NCBI RefSeq assembly: GCF_963921235.1
Contig: NC_086109.1
Location: forward strand, 27,840,001-27,904,000
From: Mobula hypostoma
Taxonomy: Eukaryota
DNA length: 64,000 bases
Reading direction: 5' to 3'
Shown here: piece by piece, positions 10,205-24,196 of the stretch
Layout of the letters: every line of letters starts with the position of its first letter
How positions within the stretch are numbered: the first letter of the stretch is position 1
The notes under the pieces: generated by a model
What the model was told of the DNA's origin: nothing
Databases searched by the model: none
Seen by the model: only the letters and a program-made list of their open reading frames with translations
Position numbers and translations under genes: made by a program

Positions 10205-13200
10205 AAAGTCAAAGTTCAAAATAAATTTATTATCAAAGTACATATATATCACCATATACAACCCTGAGATTCAATTTTTCTTGTGGGCATACTCAATAAA
10301 TCCATAATAAAATAATAACTATAATACAATCAATTAAAGATCGCACCAACTTGGGTCTGCAACCATTGTGCAAAAGACAACAAACTGTAGAAATATAGAA
10401 AAGAAAGAAATAATAAATAAATAAGCAAGCAATAGATATTGAGAACACAAGATGAAGAATCCTTGAAATTGAATCCATAGGTTGTGGGAACATTTCAAGG
10501 ATAAGTTAGTGAAGTTGAGTTGCATTATCCCCTTTGGTTCAGAGCCCGGTGGTTGAGGGTTAGTAACTATTCCTGAACCCGATGGTGAGAGTCCTGAGGC
10601 TCTTGTATCTTTTTCCTGATGGCAGCAGCAAGAAAAGTGATGGGGATGCCTGATGATAGATATTACTTTTCTGCAACAGTATTTCATGTAGATGTGCTCA
10701 ATGGTGGGGAGGGCTTTACCTGTGATAGACTTGGCCATATCCACTACTTGTTGCAGGATTTTCCATTCAAGGGCATTGATGTTTCTATACCAGACTATGA
10801 TGCAGCCAGTAAATATATTCTCCACTACACATCTATAGGATTTTGTCAAAGTTTTAGATATCATGCCGAATCAGAGTCAAAATCAGGTTTACTATCACCA
10901 GCATGTGTCATGAAATTTGTTAACTTAGCAGCAGCAGTTCAATACAATACCTGATTATATAGAAAGAAAAAATATAAGTAAATCAATTACAGTATATTTA
11001 CATTAAATAGATTAAAAGTAGTACAAAACAGAAATAATATGTTTAAAAAGTGATGTAGTGCACATGGGTTCAATGTCCATTTAGGAATTGGATGACAGCG
11101 GGGAAGAAGCTGTTCCTGAATCATTGAGTGTGTGCCTTCCTGAAGGTAACAATGAGAAGTGGGCATGCCTGGGTGATGGAGGTCCTTAATGATAGGGGTC
11201 ATCTTTCTGAGGCACCACTCCTTGAAGATATCTTGGGTACTACGGAGGCTAATACCCAAGATGGAGCTGACTAATTTTACGACATTCTGTAGCTTCTTTT
11301 GGTCCTGTGCAGTAGCCCTCCCCCATACCAGACAGTGATGCAACCTGTCAAAATGTTCTCCACAGTGCACCTATAGAAGTTTTGAGTGTTTTTTTTTGAT
11401 AAACCAAATCTTTATAAACTCCTAATGTGACATAGCCACCGTCTTGCCTACTTTATAGCTGCATCGATATGTTGGGACCAGGTTAGATCCTCACAGATCT
11501 TGACACCCAGGAAACTGAAATTGCTCACTCTCTCCACTTCAGATCCCTCTATGCGGATCTTTCCCTTTCTGAAATTCACAATCAGCTCTTTTGTCTTACT
11601 GATAATGAGTGCAAGGTTGTTGCTGTAACACCACTTAACTAGCTGGTATATCTCACTCCTGTACACCCTCTCATCTCCATCTGAGATGCTTGTATCATCA
11701 GCAAATTTATAGATGGCATTCGAGCTATACCTAGCCATGCAGTCGTGGATACAGTGGGCTAAGCCAGTAATGCTCGTTAGCCAGGAGGCAGTATTATCAC
11801 CAATCCGCACAGATTGTGGTCTACCAGTTAGGAAGTTGAGGATCCAGTTACAGGGGAACTGTTCACAAACTCCTAAGGAAATGGAGGTGCTGCCATGCTT
11901 TCTTCATAACTGCGTTTACATGCTGGGCCCAGGACAGGTCCTCCAAAATAATAACACCAAGCAATTTATTGCTGACCCTCTCCACCTCTGGTCCTCTGAT
12001 GTAGTCTGGCTCGTGGACCTCCGGTTTCCTTCTCCTGAAATCAGTAATCAGCCCCTCGGTCTTGCTGACATTGAAGAAAAGGTTGTTGTTATGGCACCAC
12101 CCAGCCAGGTTTTCAATCTCTTTCTTATATGCTGATTCCTCTCCATCTTTGATTCGGCCTATGGCAGTGATGTCATCAGCAAACTTGCATATGGCATTGG
12201 AGCTATGCTTAGCCACACAGTCATAAGTGTAAAGGGAGTAGAGCAGGGGCTAAGCACAGAGCCTGGCGGTGCACCTGTGCAGATGGAGATTGTGGAAGAG
12301 ATGTTGTTGCCAATCCAAACTGACTGGGGTCTGCAAATGAGGAAATCAAAGATCCTATAGCACAAAGAGGTAGTGAGGCTACAGTCTTGAAGCTTATTGA
12401 TTAGTTTTGATGGGATGATAGTAATGAATGCCGAGTTATAGTCAATACTCTTGATGTACATCAACAGGATCGACTATACATCAAGAACAGCTTGATGTAT
12501 GCATCTTTGCAGTTTAGATGAGATGGCATCCGCTGTGGACATGTTGTGCTGGTAGCTAAATTGGAGAAAATTCTCAGGCAGGAGTTGATATGTTTCATTG
12601 CCATTGTCTCAAAACACTTCATCACAGTTTTTTGTGAGTGTTACTGGACGGTTGTCATTGAGGAAGGTTGCCATATTCTTCTTAGGCTGAGGCCTGCTTG
12701 AATTAGCAAGAGGTTAAAGATCCCAGTGAACACTCCAGCCAGTTTATTAGCACAGGCCTTTAGTACTTGGCTCTGTACCCTGCCTGGGCCAGCTGCTTTC
12801 TATGGGTTCACCTTCCTGAAGTCTGCTCTCATGTTGGCCTCAGAGACTGATATCACAGTATCACTGGGGGCTGTGCGAGTGTGATAACTCCTCCATATTT
12901 TGACAGTCAAAGCGAGCACGGAGACACTAAGCTCATCTGGAAGTGAAGCCTTGTTGTCACCCATGTCACATGATATAACTTTATAAGAGAGGACAGTATT
13001 CAAGACCTGCCACAACTATCAAGCATCCTTCCCTGATTCAAATTTAGCCCAGAATTGCTACTTCGCCTGGGAGATGGCTTTCTTGAGGTCGTACCTGAAC
13101 CTCTTGTAACTTTTTTGGTCACCAGACTTGAATGCCTCCAATCTGGCCTTGCGCAGATCAGAGATTGCGGATCAAACAATTTATCCAGGGCTTCCGATTA

Positions 13201-14322
13201 TGGAAGACTGAATGATTTTGTGGGGACACACTCATCTACAACTGTTTTAATAAGGTCCGTGACAACCACCGTGTGTTCATTCAAATCTGCAGATGAGTCC
13301 TTGAACATGGCCCAGTCTACTGACTCAAAGCAATCCTGTACCTACTCCTCTGCCTCCTGCAACAACCTCTTTGTTGTCCTAATCTCTGAAGCTTTGCTCT
13401 TTAGCCTCTGGTTGAATGCAGTTAGGAGGACAGCCAAGTCATCCAATTTACTGATATGTGGTCTGGGAATTGAACGGCCGGCATTCCTTATCTTAGTATA
13501 ACAGTGGTCTAGTGTGTTGGGGCCTCTAGTGCTACAGGGTACATGTTAATAGTAATTGGGCAGGTTTTCTTCATCCAAGCCTGGCTGAAGTTCCCAGCTA
13601 TGAATTGAACTGCGTCAGGGTGGATCGTTACTTGTTCGGAGATGGCATCATGCAGTATCTCAAGTGCTTGATTATAGTCAGCTGCTGGTGGTATGTAAAC
13701 TGTGTTCAGGATTATAGAGGAGAACTCCCTAGGTAAATAGAGTGGATGGCATTTAATCATTTGGTGCTCCAGGTTGTGGGAACATGTGTTTGACAGAATT
13801 GCCATATCAGAGTACCACAGAATTTGTCGTGAAACACACACCTCCACCTCTTGTCTTTTCCGAATCAGCTGTTCAGTCCATTCAGCAAATTGTGAAGCCT
13901 TTCAGTTTGATCGCTGTATCTGGGGTGATGGAAGAAAGCCATGTCTCGCTCAAACATAGAACGCAACAATCTCTCATTTCCCTTTGATACAGCATATCTT
14001 GCCCTTAGGTCCTCAATTTTGTTCTCCAGCAACTACACATTTGTCGACAAGATGCTGAGTAGAGTGGACCTCATTCCTCAGCATTTCAGCCTGGCTTCGA
14101 GTCAACCCTCCTGTCTCACTTCCAGCCAGGGTGACGAACCTGTGTCCACTTACCTGCTTGGTCTGCCACGTCCTTCAGAAGATTGTGACATCTGTAGATC
14201 ATTAAGTTCATTGCTTAGAAGGGAAATGATGCAGATTGCAGCGAGAGTAATTCAAAAGAGGTATATTTACAAGTATAGTTCATAGCCTGCAGAACGTCAC
14301 CATGGTTCAGCAGCGCCATCTT
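10205..14322 (-). mobile_element. Cluster of nested or adjacent decayed Rex-Babar (Rex1-like) LINEs, including a near full-length copy (~11860-14322)
   Basis: Minus-strand ORF pieces: APE (YLPREFSSIIL..VYIPP), RT (DYNSAF..I.PSKL, GAPPGSVLSP, KFADD) twice, C-terminal YRCVVENIFTGCI twice; 5' end begins AAGATGGCG. Confidence 0.85.
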
Positions 14323-15899
14323 GCAGAGTGATACATCAGTTATTGGAAGAAACCAGACAGTACTAAGTGTTAGCTACACATTGTACACCCAAAATATCTG
14401 AAAATTTGTTTAGGTATTAAGCATGAAGGCAGAGTTTATCTTATGGTCCACTGATATTAATGATTAAATTAGGTCTTGCTCACTAATCACCAAAGAAGCC
14501 CTGAATGTACAAATTATATGCAGCCAAGAGGTTTCAAATATATCACAGAATTGGATCTCATCTGATTTGAATGTTTGATCAGAGCCGAGTATTCTGAGCT
14601 CACTCAGTTCCTTAACCAACTCTGTGTGACTGCCTAATATTGAACAGACTATTTACAATATACACTGCTTTCAATTACAATACTAATTTTTAAAAGCATC
14701 AACGTCAATCATCCTAAACTACCTTTTCTTCAGCCATGGAATCCATCTGGAATAAACGACGAGCCCAATTCCCGATTGCAATTACAACTAGCAAATGAGA
14801 AGTGAATTTGAAAATGTTTTCACATTGTCCATTTGTAGTGAAAAAATACTGTATAATTTTAACTACATTGGTTTGTAACAGGAAGGAAAAAAAAATCAGG
14901 GAACCTTCAAGTGATTGCTTATTACCTGCAAAGCAAGTGGATGAACAGACCAGGTCTGATTCTGACTATTCTGTAATAAATGCCTTATCACCTGACTCCC
15001 CAAGACTAGTCTGGTCAAGGCACAAGTCAAGAGGGTGTTGATATATTTACCTGGAACTCCAGCAATATTTACGATATCTAGGACAAAGATATCTGTATGA
15101 TTAGTACATAAATGCCTAAATTCAATTCCTCATGGACTATAAATTGTTTGGGAAGTCTTCCAAGAATCACAATCTCCACTTCTCAATAGTTAAAGGCAAC
15201 AGTTAGATGAGGATATCTTCATATCCTGGAATCTTTCCACAATTCATACTATGCTAACTTGGATGTATAGTAATACAGAAATAGTGATGCATCTTCAAAA
15301 TCCTTACACTAGCTTCACCACAAGGACTTCGCCAGTTCAAAAAGGCAGCTCAACACTGTCTTTTCAATAGAGATGGGCAGTAAACATTGGTCTTGCCCGC
15401 AACACAACCCAAGAATGAAGGGAAAGGCACTTTGATCTGATGGGGAAACTGTGGAGTATATTTTGTGCAGAGCGGAGAACATCTTTGTTGTCAGTCTTAT
15501 GCTTCATCTGTTCCACCATTTCTGCTGATGACATGAATGTAATCTTCTATTTTCATAAATTACAAAGAATCTTAAAATTGCCCACACTGGACCCAATCAG
15601 GGACCTAAAATATGGTTAATATTAATACCTCAGTCACAGTTTGATCTTCGAGAGCTACACAGGTGCAGATATTGGAAACATGAAATATAGACAGAAAAAT
15701 ATTTTAAAACCCCAGCAAATTAAACAGTATTTATGGAGACAGAAATTCAGTTCAACCTTTCAGGTCAATTTTATGAGTCTGATTCATAATTGATCAATAC
15801 TCGCACTGAGCCCGTTTGTTGAACCAATTTCTACAGATACAATACAGATTTTTGAAGAATTACAGGGTGCAAGACACAAACCTTAAGGTGGCTTGGCAT

Positions 15900-17950
15900 A
15901 TGGGCTAACATAAAAATATACATTTGGCCGGGGGCCACCTGCAACGATATCGCCAGTTTTGTCGTTTGCCCTTTCAAATTCCTTGCAAGAAGAATCAATC
16001 AAACCGTCACCCCCCCCCCCCGCCCCAAGGAGGATTCCACCAACACCGACATTGTTGCAATGAAGCCAAAGTCTCCAAGTTCGAATTCTCTCCTCCCTTA
16101 CTGGTGTCCAATCAGACGGGGGAGTTAACGCAACGTGAAGGAGCGCGAAAGGATGCCAGAAGAACGGAACAACTGAGCCATCAAACGCCCGCCGCCACTC
16201 TCTGAACCACAGGCATCGTTCGGGGATCCCCGTATGATGAGACGTAAAACAGGGGAATTAACTCAAACGTGCCAAAGACAAAAATACATTTGTCCACGTT
16301 AGATTAATATTTCATTCCGCTAACTAACCTGAAAAAGGGTGATATGGCATAGGAACCCTCAATGGTTGCTATCAAGAAATCTAATTGGGTGCATTTTTTT
16401 CTTAAACGGTTGCTGTTTATTGGTGCCAAAACTCTGGTAAGATAATCAACGTACTCTAGTTAGCTTAAAGATAGATGACCGTTCTGTTCTCGATATATAC
16501 TATCGATTTTGGAGGGTTTTATTTTGGTTATTGGAGGACGAACTTGAAAGTTCAAGAACCAAGAGGCTTTACAACAGACACAACTGTAAGAAAGCGGCTA
16601 TGTAGATCCCACTACTACACAGCAGGTTTACATACTGATGCTTCGAGATTCGCGATCTTAAACACTGCTGGCTACAATTCAAGTCAGCCGTAGTTAATAT
16701 AAAATTAAACAATAAGTAAAGATTCGTCTTACAACGACTGTCAGGCAGCCCACACAATGAAAGCAACTGGATTCCTCAACAATACCCCTAAGGTAAATTT
16801 CATTTCACAATCTCAATACCTTTAATAAAAATAAAACTTGGGACCACCTGCGGATTGTTGTTCAAAACTGCAGCCGCTCTTAATATCACCTTTCCCGTCA
16901 GTGCACGTACCTGCAGGACACGGTAATCTCCACTTTAGTCGCCGGGATGCTGCCCTGGATCGGATCAAAGTCGCTCACAGAAGCCATGTCATCGAATTTG
17001 TCCATAGCGTCTTCCATGGGTATCCAGTAATTCCAAACCAGTGCTTCCAGCATCAACGTCACACCGCCACAAGGCTCAAGGATCGGCGATTAAAGGCAGC
17101 CTGTCCTGCAGGAAAATGGGTGGACCAGAGTTAGGGCTCCGTGCACCCCACACTCTGCCTTTGCATCTGAACACTGCTACATACAGATTATTCAACACAA
17201 CCTTTTCCTTAGTCTAATTGCACAGCTCAGACGATCATCTAATTACAGTTTACGGACTGAAATGATACGCTCCGCCCTCGCTTCTAAAGATAACTTACAT
17301 TGCTTGTCAATGTCAGCGCTCTGGAAGGCACGGGAAACAGACTAGTGAGGCATTATTAAAACGACAGCACAAACATTCCCATCGAACATTATCACCGGGA
17401 GCGTCTCAATCATGAATTATGTTCCTTGTCCAATGAAGCACAGAATGTATGAAAAAAACAAAAAGCATCTAACTGAGCCCAAAATGATGCGGTATCCGTA
17501 TCGATGCTAAAAAAGCCCGGACATCCCGAACTATAATTTTTGACAGCTCAGTTCTCCTGTTCCCTGTCACTCATGGACAATCTGAAGAGTTACACAGTGG
17601 TGAATAATGTTATTTACTCCTGATTGCCCATTTTAAACTCCGAATAGAAGCTGGTTGTTGTGCCAAATTCTAGTTTTCAAAGCTGCGCTACCAAGCATTC
17701 GCGAATCTGTATAAAAATAAAGTTGGAGACGATATACTTTAACTTTATCACAATTGATTTTTGACCTGTTTACCTTGAATTCAGAGTGCCCCTCCCTACG
17801 ATACCGCTATTAATCGGTTCCTTCGACCTTTTTAAAAAAAAATTACGCGGTGGTAGCATCAACTTTTAAAATACGTGGTAATCGTAAAACCAAGGAATAT
17901 AAGACCACTTTTAATTCTTCCGCGCCTCCTACAGGGTAGACTTTGCAAAG
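15900..17950. promoter_or_regulatory. CpG-enriched region around the CPNE5 5' end (putative promoter / CpG island)
   Basis: Visibly higher CG dinucleotide density than flanks, few repeats, GC box CCGCCC near 17272, surrounds the first coding exon. Confidence 0.55.
16911..17017 (-). CDS. CPNE5: Copine-5, first coding exon
   Basis: Translates MEDAMDKFDDMASVSDFDPIQGSIPATKVEITVSC-R with phase-2 donor AG|GTACGT at 16910; matches the recalled CPNE5 N-terminus (MEQPEDMASLSEFDSLAGSIPATKVEITVSCR) better than CPNE8/CPNE9; the second ATG (17005) gives the same length as the human N-terminus. Exon 2 was not found in the window. Confidence 0.9.
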
Positions 17951-18369
17951 CAGGTATTTATCAAATGCTCAAACCATCCCTGATTTTTATTCAGAATGTA
18001 TTACAATCAAATAAAGTGTAATGATATGGGATTATAGCTGCATGGTGTAATGCGTTTACACAGTTTGCAGGAAACGTGTGTTAAGGTGACACTGACGTTA
18101 CAGCTACAATGTATTACCTCACAGATTTGCTTTTCACGTTGGCTTTATTTATTTGAAGTGGTCGCCAATAATTGGCTTCAGCAAATAAACGCACTTGCTC
18201 CATCTGGATCTGCCTGCATTTTATCGTTGTTTTGTCATGTACTGGGAATATCATTTCCATTTCAAATTTTGGATCGTTCTCAGACGAAACTGATATTAAA
18301 AAGTAAATTAGTTGTTATTTAACAGGACCTCGTACACTTCAATCATCCTTAAGCATTGTGCAATTGGTT

Positions 18370-18870
18370 CATCCTGTATGTTACTCTCGCCCCAAAGCTG
18401 CGGGTTCAAATCCCACCGCAGGGGTTTGAACAAATTAACTCGACGAACGCCGTAGTGTAGCAGTGACAAACCCACCATCAGAAGTTCCAACTTCTCAGAT
18501 ATGTGTCTTAAAATAGAAGAATATAATCCCTTCTCAATGGTTCAGACCTGATGTCCCGACCAATTATTGTCCCTTAACCCACTACTCAGTTGGTCAATTG
18601 TCTCTTTAACCGTAATCGCCGTGATCAAACTGGAAACACGAGGAAATCTGCAGATGCTGGACATTCAAGCAACACACATAAAAGTTGCTGGTGAACGCAG
18701 CAGGCCAGGCAGCATCTCTAGGAAGAGTTACAGTCGACATTTCGGGCTCTAGGAAGAGGTACAGTCGACGTGATCAAACTGGGTTAGTTTCCCCACGTCA
18801 CAACAATGGCTCCACTTCCAGAGTATTACATTAGCAATTGAAGTTGTGGGTACCATATAGGCCTAGTTTT
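18370..18870 (+). mobile_element. Ancient DeuSINE/SacSINE1-like SINE, interrupted by a Penelope pseudo-LTR fragment (18634-18768)
   Basis: B-box GGTTCAAATCCCAC, degenerate Deu-like body and tail (TTTCCCCACGTCACAACAATGGCTCCACTTC); insertion flanked by 14-bp CGTGATCAAACTGG. Confidence 0.55.
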
Positions 18871-19945
18871 TATTTAAGACAACACGGCAAGAAATATAGT
18901 TTTATTACCTGCTCGTTGCCGTTAATCATTTATCATAGAGGAGCTGGACAAAAACCCACCAGCTACCCCAAAAAATACTATCAGGTGTTTTATGTGAAGT
19001 CCCCACAGCAACAGGTTCGAGAACAGCTACATTGCTTCAACGATTCGATTCTTCAACATTACACTTTGCACTAAAGTGGACATATTTTTGCTCTAATTAC
19101 TTTTTATAAAAATGCATAATTTATTTTCCTATAAATGCTGTTTTAATGCTATGTGCCTTTAATTACATCTGCACTTGTGCATATGATAATAAACTCGATT
19201 TGATTTACAACATCAATTATTAAAATCCGAAGTTCGCGATACATTATTCTCTGAAAATCAACTATTACAAAAAATAATTGATCCGTGACGATAACTGCAG
19301 TTCGAAAATGACTAACTTATCAGGGGGATTTTTCTCTCTCTGAGTTTCCAACAGTCTTCACACAGAGACAAGTTCATTAACATATAAAGTGGGATTGTAA
19401 AAACAACACTAAATATTTCCGCGAGTTTGGATGCGATTATTCAGTACGTTCCCCGCAGATGTCTCATTTAAACACCTTAGCTGAACCGTTCCTGGCGGGT
19501 GATCAAATAAGTATGGGGTCATTTCGCAAATCCTTCAAATTAAAAAAATAACTGGCAAGAACTGGCGGGGGCAGCGGATATGGAGATGAATGTCGGATTC
19601 TAATTAGCCCAAAAGCGAGAAGCATCTTTAATCAAAATTGAACAGAATGTAACGGATGCTATGGAAAAGTAAACTATATTTTCCAGTCAGGTGATGAAGC
19701 TAAATTAACCCCCCCCCCCGGCAATTGGTGGTGACGATGAACCTTAATCCGACTGGATTTGTTGGTATGTTATTCCGTTCAAGGAGTCGCCACAGATACT
19801 GCAGCTAGTTTGTCAGAAAGATTGTCATTGCAGCGTCCTGGTATTATTGCAAATTAATAACTCGATACGGTAATCATTGAGGGAAATATAACATTAGCAA
19901 AGCGGCATTCCCATACAAAACTGGCCAGTTGGGTTAGTTACTGTC

Positions 19946-20490
19946 TCTCTCTCTCTCTCTCTCTGTATCTTGTTTTACGGCGGTTGGCATCCAGCTTAAT
20001 GGTGCATTACCGCCACCCTCTGCTCCAGAATGTGCACTAGACATACATTCTAAATCCCTTCACCCAATCGTACACACACAAACCTACACTTCACCCTCCC
20101 ATCTTTGACCATCCTAGTATCCTATTCCTGTTTATTCGTCATATTCTATAAAAAACCCCTGTACCCCTTAAAAACGCTAAAAATACCCGGACATGCTCTC
20201 TCACCCATGCCCAGCAACCCTTTTAATGTGAATTCCTGCATCCCCAACTCCCTTAATTTATTTCTCATCATCTTTCTCTGTATCCCATACTTCCTGCAAC
20301 ACAAAACTACATGTTCTACTGACTCCTCTTCCTGATATTCCTCACACAATCCTGTCTGGTGTTTCCCTATCATTTTCAATGTTTTGTTTAATGCACAGTG
20401 CCCCAGTCCACACAATTTCCTCTCTTCTGTTTCCATTACCTACCCTAGTAACTGCAACACTCTTTTGTATTTGATATAAATGCCTCCCTC
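19946..20490 (-). mobile_element. 5'-truncated I-group (Nimb-like) LINE
   Basis: ORF 20146-20436 LGH..LN..L..IGKH.TGLC...ESVEHVV..C (C-terminal zinc knuckle); 3' motif GGTGGCGGTAATGCACC; (GA)n tail; 12-bp TSD TTAGTTACTGTC at 19934-19945 and 20491-20502. Confidence 0.8.
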
Positions 20491-21404
20491 TTAGTTACTG
20501 TCAAAGTATCTTTCAATGTTTTGGTCAGGCATGGCTGGAACTGTATAATCCTAAGAAACTTCTAGGGTCAGTGGACATCTTCACGATTATAACATATAGG
20601 TTGGAAGTGGATTATATTTTGCTCAAAGTAATTTTGATCTGAAATTCACTCCCTGTGCAGATGGTACAAATACACTTAGATTGGTCGGTGTCTTCAAAAG
20701 AGATTGGCTAAACCGTTAGACATTAATGGAATGGGGCTGGGCGGGAGGACCACAGTGTAGGATTCATCCGGTAATGGACAGGGAGGGGTTGAGCTGGGTG
20801 AGGAAGCTACTCCATTATTGTAGTAGTGTGCAGTATCGTCCTAGATTGCCACATGTGTAGCAATGGCGCTATTGGTTTTAAACAATGTAATCTAGCACTA
20901 AACACATTGTACACGAAGAATGAGAAGCGTTGTACGATTTAATCTTATATTTTTTATTATGAATAAAGTTTATTTCGGTTTTAAAATGGGACTGGTGAGA
21001 TTGCCGTTGTGGTAGCTGGAATAGGCTCCACGACCAACTTCGCTACCATAAATATTTTATCAGCTAAGAGTATAGAGAAGAATCTTTTTCTTCCTGAAAG
21101 TTGCTTGGATCGATGCTTTATTTTGTGTTCTGGAATCCAAATGATTTTACTCGTTGCAGTACTTGCGAAGTTAATACTAATAGTGTGGAGATTGTTAAAG
21201 TTCAGCTGCTATGCCCTCTGCTGGTCAATGCTAAAATAACTACTCAACAATCTCCAAAATGTATCTTAAACCACCAAATACAAAATCCGATTTCACTAAG
21301 AGTGGTACATAACCATTATAAAAACAATTTGCTCTTCGGGTGTGGGAATATATAAATTAGCTATAAAATTTAAGTTAGTGCATGATATGCTGATAATCAG
21401 ATGT

Positions 21405-21901
21405 ATTCTGTGGCCATTTAGTGCACTACCCTAAGGAGCCATATGAGTAGCAATGTCTTCTTTATTTATCCTCATGGCCATCTGCTCCTGTAGCCCATTC
21501 ACTTCAAGGTTCGATGTGCTGTGCATTCAGAGATGCTCCCCTCCTGTCAGATTGCACTAGCCTGGCCATTCTTTCATCTCTCAGTGCTGCTCACTGAATT
21601 TTTTTTGTACTTTTTGTACTATTCACTGTAAACTCTAGAGACTGCTGTGTGTGAAAATCCCAAGAGATCAGCAGTTTCTGAGACACTCAAACCACCCAGC
21701 AATGCACCAACAATCATTCCACAGTTAAAGTCACTTGGATCACAGTTCTTCCCCATTCTAATGTTTGGCCTGAACAACTGTTGAACTTCTTGACCATGTC
21801 TGCATGCTTTTATGCATTGAGTTACTGTCACATGATTGGCTGATATTTGCATCAACAAATATCAGGTGTACAGGTGTACCTAATAAAGTGACACCTGGGT
21901 G
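21405..21901. mobile_element. Non-autonomous Tc1-like DNA transposon
   Basis: Right TIR CAGGTGTACCTAATAAAGTG..TG followed by TA; Tc1 N-terminal remnant (GMIVGA...LSVSETADLLGFSHTAVSRVY) on the minus strand. Confidence 0.75.
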
Positions 21902-22612
21902 TACAGTATGTCCACGTCAAAATGTTGGACCCTTGCAACCAAAACTTCAGTCAGGCTCAAATATTTCTATCCTGTATAACATAACACATGCATTTCACAT
22001 TTCTGGAATGCACTAAAGCACATCTTACTTCAGCAGTTCCAATAGCAGAGTAAACGTTTTATATGTCTTTTATTTATTTATGTGACTTTTCCTGGAGAGG
22101 AACTGTTCAGAAGAAAATGATTTTTTTAATGGTTAATCGCTAATTAATGCTATCTGGTCCAGCAGGAAAGTGGAAGTGCTTGGGAGGTCAGAGAAATACC
22201 CAAGGGATCTGTTTTTCACCAGAAGAAATTGTGACACTAACATATCTTTGAACAGCTAGTAAATAGAACATTTTGAAAAAGTTTGTCTTCAAACCTATCA
22301 ATATTCTGCTTAATATTTTGTTTAATTTTTTTTTACTTTATCATTTTGATCAGCAAGATAAAGATTTCTTTCCAAAGAGGAGCTTATTTGATCAAAATTA
22401 GCTATCTAGTTTTATTTGTTGTTCAAGATAATATTTCCTTTCTTCACTTCAATACCACTGGGACTAGAGTTAGGATTATAACTTCATCATTACAGTATTT
22501 ATAGATTTGCACTGATTAAATTAACTGAAAATGAATATTTGACAATAGACATTATAGCTTGGACATATAATTGACCAAGTGGGTGAAAATTAAGGGTGAT
22601 TGAAGATGCTAT

Positions 22613-22843
22613 TGTGTTGGGCATGTGGCCAAGTGGTTAAGGTGTTTGTCTAGTTACCTCAAGGTCGCTAGTTCGAGCCTCAGCTGTGGCAACGTGTTTG
22701 TGCCCTTGAGCAAGGCACTTAATCACACATTGCTCTAGTCTGTGCGAGGAGTGGTGCCCCACGCAGACTGCCAATCTGCACCTTGTAAGGCATGAAAATG
22801 CCCGATGCAGGCCTCTCATGGTCTGAGTCAACGTTCCTTCCCC
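22613..22843 (+). mobile_element. tRNA-derived SINE (same head as the 1452 copy)
   Basis: TGGCCAAGTGG A-box, AGTTCGAGCC B-box; 12-bp TSD TGAAGATGCTAT at 22601-22612 and 22844-22855. Confidence 0.85.
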
Positions 22844-23169
22844 TGAAGATGCTATGGCTTATTACATAAAACAACTCTGGCAGACATACACATCTGATTA
22901 ATCACTTCACTGTCACAAAGGGATTTTCAAATTTGAAATTGTTATTTAAATATTGTTGCTAAAGTGAATTCTGTCAAAACTGCCCGTGCTCCAGTTAGTG
23001 ATGTGATAGTTGCCCCTTAGTTAATTCTAAAAGGATCTCGAACTTCATCTGTCAAAATCATGATCAAATCATTCAGCAGAATCTATATTTTCTTCAAATC
23101 TATGAATTAAAAATATTCCTTTTAATTGTATTGGAGATGCAGTTTTGCAGATGAATTTAATGAACTTTC

Positions 23170-23745
23170 AGATGCACAGTAGAGGGCATTCTAACATGCT
23201 CCATCACCAAATGGTATGGAAACTGCACTGTGGTGGACATGAAGGCTCTACAAAGGGTAATCAAAACTGCCCAGTGCACCAGCTTACCTGCCATCAAGGA
23301 TATACAGCATTTACAGAAAGGTACCGTAAAAATGGCAGCTATATCATGAAGGATCCCACCAATCCTGCTCACGGACTGTATGTCCCACTCCCATCAGGGA
23401 GGAAGCAACAGGGAGGATTCAAAAATGTTGCGTTCCCCAAGTAGTAACGGTGATCACCCACTATCCTACCCCACAGCAATCCCCACACCACAACTTCAAC
23501 CTTTCCTCTCAGTCACTTTATGTACAGACACTCCTGTACCTAGCATCACTTTATGTAAGGTACATACAATTAATGTATTATACAAGCTATTGTATGTCTT
23601 TATAGTTATTTTGTTTTTATAATTGTGTTCGTTTTCTTATTGTGTTTTATTTGTGCTGCATCAGATCTGAAATAACAATTAGCTTGTTCTCCTTTACACT
23701 TCTATACTGGAAATGATGTTAAGCAATTAAACTTGAATCTCGAAA
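23170..23745 (+). mobile_element. Rex-Babar-like LINE 3' fragment
   Basis: IMKDPTNPAHGLYVPLPSGR motif followed by a T-rich UTR and CTTGAA-type tail. Confidence 0.7.
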
Positions 23746-24196
23746 ACTTAAAACTTACTTGTGATTTTTTTCCTGAAGACAGAAGACAAAAAGATAGGAA
23801 CATGCAAGGTCAAAATCAAAACTAAGATAGAAGTTGTCTTTGAAATTAAACAAATGGATAGACCAATTCAGTGATACAGGAGACAAATAAAATCTTATGT
23901 CTTAAGGAATAAAGGAATTAAGAGGTGGCCAGGAATTTGAATTGGTAAGGAAAAGATGATAAAAAGGGGCGAGAGTGTGCACTAAGCAAAAGAACATAAA
24001 GGGAATTGTATTCCTCCCATCAATAAAGCTGCACTTTATAACCAACAAAGTCCAAAATCAATAAAACACCAGGCACAGTTGGGTTAACATTTACCTGTCA
24101 TTATAAAGGAGATCAACGTGGATTTCAAGAGATCTCAGTAACGACTGAAGAGGAAATCTGTTGTTTACAGAACGCTCAAGGAAACAAGGGGGTGCA

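Noticed and set aside
1..16910. Search for CPNE5 exon 2 (NLLDxDxFSKSDP)
   Set aside because: No matching minus-strand exon found by eye; it probably lies left of the window, though a ~41-nt exon could be missed
16838..17134. 98-aa plus-strand ORF
   Set aside because: Antisense to CPNE5 exon 1; no independent coding features
17312..17332. RE1/NRSE-like motif upstream of CPNE5
   Set aside because: Too many mismatches to the TTCAGCACCnnGGACAG consensus
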